DNA from: Candidatus Marinacidobacterales bacterium
Lineage (GTDB): Bacteria; Acidobacteriota; Vicinamibacteria; Marinacidobacterales; SMYC01
Direction: 5' to 3'
DNA: 64,000 bases
NCBI GenBank assembly: GCA_965224085.1
Contig: CBDCYI010000011.1
Coordinates: 864,001 to 928,000, forward strand
Shown in pieces: positions 61,423 through 64,000 of this stretch. Each line of letters opens with the position of its first letter. Position 1 is the first letter of the stretch. A model generated the notes under the pieces. That model was not told the DNA's origin, searched no databases, and saw nothing but the letters and a program-made list of their open reading frames with translations. The position numbers were made by a program, and so were the translations under genes.

Positions 61423-62015
61423 GATACGTCTTCCCGTGTCGAGCCAAAATTACCGTGACGGCGTGTCAACCTGCGGGCGAGCTCGATACGCCCGCGGTTG
61501 ATGCGTGACTTGACGGTGCCGAGCGGCACTTTCAGCAGCTTTGCCATCTCGTCATAGCTCATCTCTTGCAGGTCCCGCAGGATGACGGCTTGTCCAAGCT
61601 CCACCGGGAGCTTGTCGATGGATTCGCGGAGCCAGCCAGCCAAGTCTTTCTTCTCGAGAGCTCGGTGGGGATCCGATCTTCCCGAGTTATCGGGAGTGGC
61701 GCGGACGGCGTCGTCGAAGACCTCGCCGTTTTGCACCAGGGAACGCTCACGGCGGCGTCGGCGGTAATGATCGATGGCGTAATTACGCGCGACGCGCTGG
61801 ATCCACGCGGGCAGGCTTCCCGAGCTGTCGAAGCTCTTGAGCGCTCCGAGCAAGTGGAGAAAGATCTCCTGCGTGAGCTCCTCCGCTTCGTCCGCGCGTC
61901 CGGTAAATTGAAAGGCCACATGCCAAACTCGTTTCTTGTACTGACCCACGAGCAAAGTCCAAGCTTCCTCGTCGCCGCCTTCGCAGCGACGCGCCAGCTC
62001 TCTATCCGCTAGCAA
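61419..62015 (-). CDS. ECF RNA polymerase sigma factor
   Basis: AEELTQEIF, WIQRVARN, MSYDEMA...GTVKSRINRGR. Confidence 0.93.
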   Translation of the reverse strand: MLADRELARRCEGGDEEAWTLLVGQYKKRVWHVAFQFTGRADEAEELTQEIFLHLLGALKSFDSSGSLPAWIQRVARNYAIDHYRRRRRERSLVQNGEVFDDAVRATPDNSGRSDPHRALEKKDLAGWLRESIDKLPVELGQAVILRDLQEMSYDEMAKLLKVPLGTVKSRINRGRIELARRLTRRHGNFGSTREDVS

Positions 62016-62054
62016 AATCGCAGGGTCTCCGCTCTGTCTCGACTCATCTTTCGA

Positions 62055-62080
62055 AACGGACTTTCATGTGGGAATGTTCC
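62055..62080 (-). promoter_or_regulatory. Putative autoregulatory ECF promoter
   Basis: Minus strand GGAAC-N17-CGTT just upstream of the ECF gene. Confidence 0.6.
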
Positions 62081-62224
62081 TGACATTGTCGCGCCAGCTC
62101 TCGTCTCCCGTCTCTCACAACCGACAGCCCTAAGTGCTAGCGATGTTTGACTTTCGGGGCCTATTCTAGTAAATCCTGGCCTCCGTAGTGGCGGATCAAA
62201 CTCGAAAGCTTCCCGCAACCTAAA

Positions 62225-63265
62225 GTGTCCATCCGATCCAGGTTTGCGTCGCGCACCGTACGAACCGGGTTGTTCCTTCTGCTCGCGGCGGGCCTGCTGT
62301 GGCTGTTCTTCCGCGGCTCGGATCTCTCCGCCATCCGATCGACCCTCGCCCGCGCGAACCTCTGGATTCTGGGCTCGGCTCTCGGCGTGATGCTCGTGAC
62401 CTATTGGCTGCGGGCGGCCCGTTGGCAACTCTTGCTCGCACCGCTAGGCAGAGCACGGCTCTGGAACTGTTTCACGACGACGGTCATCGGCTTCATGATT
62501 AACTTTCTCGCGGCGCGGCTCGGCGAGATCGCGCGGCCATATCTGCTTGCGCGCCGCGAGGGATTTTCCGCTTCGAGCGCCTTCGCGACGGTTTTCTTGG
62601 AACGTGTTCTGGATTTGGTGACAGTCGTGCTCTTGATCGGCTTTTGGCTGCTCGTCTCACCGCCGGAAGTCGCGAGCGGGGGAGCGCTGCAGAGTCTCAC
62701 GCTCGGCGGTGGTCTCGGTCTCGCGGGATCGGCGATAGCACTCGGAATTCTCTTCGTGCTGGCGCGCAACCCGGAGCAGGTCTTGCCCTGGATCAAGAAG
62801 GTCTTTCGCATCCTGCCGGCGAAGCTCGCGATGGCGGCGTTCCGTTTTGCCGAGACCTTTGCCGCCGGTCTCGTAGTGCTCGTCGACGGACCGCGCCTTT
62901 TTTGGGCAGCGACGATGTCCATTATCCTGTGGATGAATATCGCCTTCGCCTTTTGGCTCGGGGCGCTCGCCCTCGGGGTGGAATTCCCCTACGGCGACAC
63001 GTTTCTCGTGATAGGGTTTCTGACCGTGGGTGTGGCGGTCCCGACACCAGGTGCGGTCGGCGGCTATCATGTAATGGCCGAGCTCGCGCTCACCACTCTT
63101 TTCGGGACCGAAGCGAGCTTGGCGAAGGCCGTGGCTCTCCTGAATCATGCGATTGCCTTTCTGCCCGTCACGTTTTTGGGCGTCCTATTTTTCGCGCGAG
63201 CGGATTTGAGCTTTCGCGAAGTCGAGAAGATTACGAGCTCATCGGAAGACTTTCTAGACAGCTAA
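62225..63265 (+). CDS. Lysylphosphatidylglycerol-synthase-TM / flippase-like membrane protein
   Basis: RAARW, RLGEIARP, ERVLD, PTPGAVG. Confidence 0.88.
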   Translation: MSIRSRFASRTVRTGLFLLLAAGLLWLFFRGSDLSAIRSTLARANLWILGSALGVMLVTYWLRAARWQLLLAPLGRARLWNCFTTTVIGFMINFLAARLGEIARPYLLARREGFSASSAFATVFLERVLDLVTVVLLIGFWLLVSPPEVASGGALQSLTLGGGLGLAGSAIALGILFVLARNPEQVLPWIKKVFRILPAKLAMAAFRFAETFAAGLVVLVDGPRLFWAATMSIILWMNIAFAFWLGALALGVEFPYGDTFLVIGFLTVGVAVPTPGAVGGYHVMAELALTTLFGTEASLAKAVALLNHAIAFLPVTFLGVLFFARADLSFREVEKITSSSEDFLDS

Positions 63266-63302
63266 GGGTCCCGGCAAGGGCCCTAAGGAGGCGAAGCCAA
63301 TT

Positions 63303-63770
63303 GTGAAATGTCCCTTCTGTGGTCATTCGGCGGACAAGGTTGTCGATTCGAGGGAAAGCAGGGAAGGCGAGGCGATCCGGCGGCGAAGGCAATGCCTAAA
63401 ATGCGGGAGGCGCTTCACCAGCTACGAGCGCATCGATCGCATCGACTACCGCGTCGTCAAGAAAGACGGCAGCCGCGAGCGTTTCGATCGCGAGAAGCTG
63501 ATGAACGGGCTGGTCAAAGCCTGCGAGAAAAGAGCGGTTCCGCTCACGCGGCTCGAGGCGATCGTGGATCAGGTCGAGCATCAGCTTCATGACTCGTCGG
63601 ACAAGGAAGTCTCCGCGACCCAAATAGGCGAGTTCGTAATGTCCGAGTTGAAGCGGCTGGATCAAGTTGCCTATGTGCGTTTCGCTTCTGTGTATCGCGA
63701 GTTCAAAGACGCCAACGAGTTCGTCGACACCATCCGCGCTTTATTGGACCGGCAAGATCCGATCGAATGA
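63303..63770 (+). CDS. nrdR: Transcriptional repressor NrdR
   Basis: MKCPFC, RRRRQCLKC, ATP cone, VAYVRFASVY. Confidence 0.97.
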   Translation: MKCPFCGHSADKVVDSRESREGEAIRRRRQCLKCGRRFTSYERIDRIDYRVVKKDGSRERFDREKLMNGLVKACEKRAVPLTRLEAIVDQVEHQLHDSSDKEVSATQIGEFVMSELKRLDQVAYVRFASVYREFKDANEFVDTIRALLDRQDPIE

Positions 63771-64000
63771 CACATCGAGCTTCCCGCGCGACCGGTGGGT
63801 CGGTACTGGTGCTGTCGGTAGCACTTTCGGCTGTCGGCGCCGAGATCAAGGACCTCATCCCCATCGTCCGCGCCGAGGGTGTCGTGGTCAGCTTTCGCGT
63901 CGAGGATGCCTTCGACGAGGAGCTCGCCCACGCCATCGAGACCGGGCTCGAAGTTACCTTTCGCTACAATGTAGAATTGAAGCGGGTTCGAGGCATCTGG
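63767..64000 (+). CDS. DUF4390-like secreted protein, 3' end outside window
   Basis: ATGA overlap with nrdR; signal peptide then VSFRVEDAFDEELAHAIETGLEVTFRYNVEL. Confidence 0.65.
   Translation, partial: MTHRASRATGGSVLVLSVALSAVGAEIKDLIPIVRAEGVVVSFRVEDAFDEELAHAIETGLEVTFRYNVELKRVRGIW

Overview
GC-rich, TCGA-rich bacterial chromosomal segment. The gene repertoire (Ser/Thr kinases, PQQ-like propellers, DUF4097 proteins, ECF sigma factors) suggests Acidobacteriota, but that is inference. Positions 1-42.7 kb are a decaying accessory region containing: an IS1634 end; a porin / cupredoxin-like / membrane cyclase-kinase signalling cluster; fadB-like, glpF and glpD genes; a cargo-carrying IS1595-family element (14458-18084) with a nested IS256; a promoter-to-terminator structured RNA (~20990-21280) holding an 18-nt antisense match to the 16S rRNA 3' end and a 13-codon ORF; a VapBC pair; hydantoinase, D-carbamoylase and racemase genes; a secreted ureohydrolase; an ECF-kinase pair; an amino-acid ABC transporter; an IS6; and many truncated or fused gene remnants. 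Positions 42.9-64 kb are mostly core genome: asnS, rimO, rimP-nusA-infB-DUF503-rbfA-truB-rpsO-pnp, an orphan groES, a Fis-like gene, purC, an ECF/anti-sigma/DUF4097 operon split by an IS200, a flippase-like gene and nrdR. Several 1-nt frameshifts in homopolymers suggest long-read indel errors. No rRNA, tRNA or CRISPR array was seen. All calls are by eye from motifs; no searches were run.
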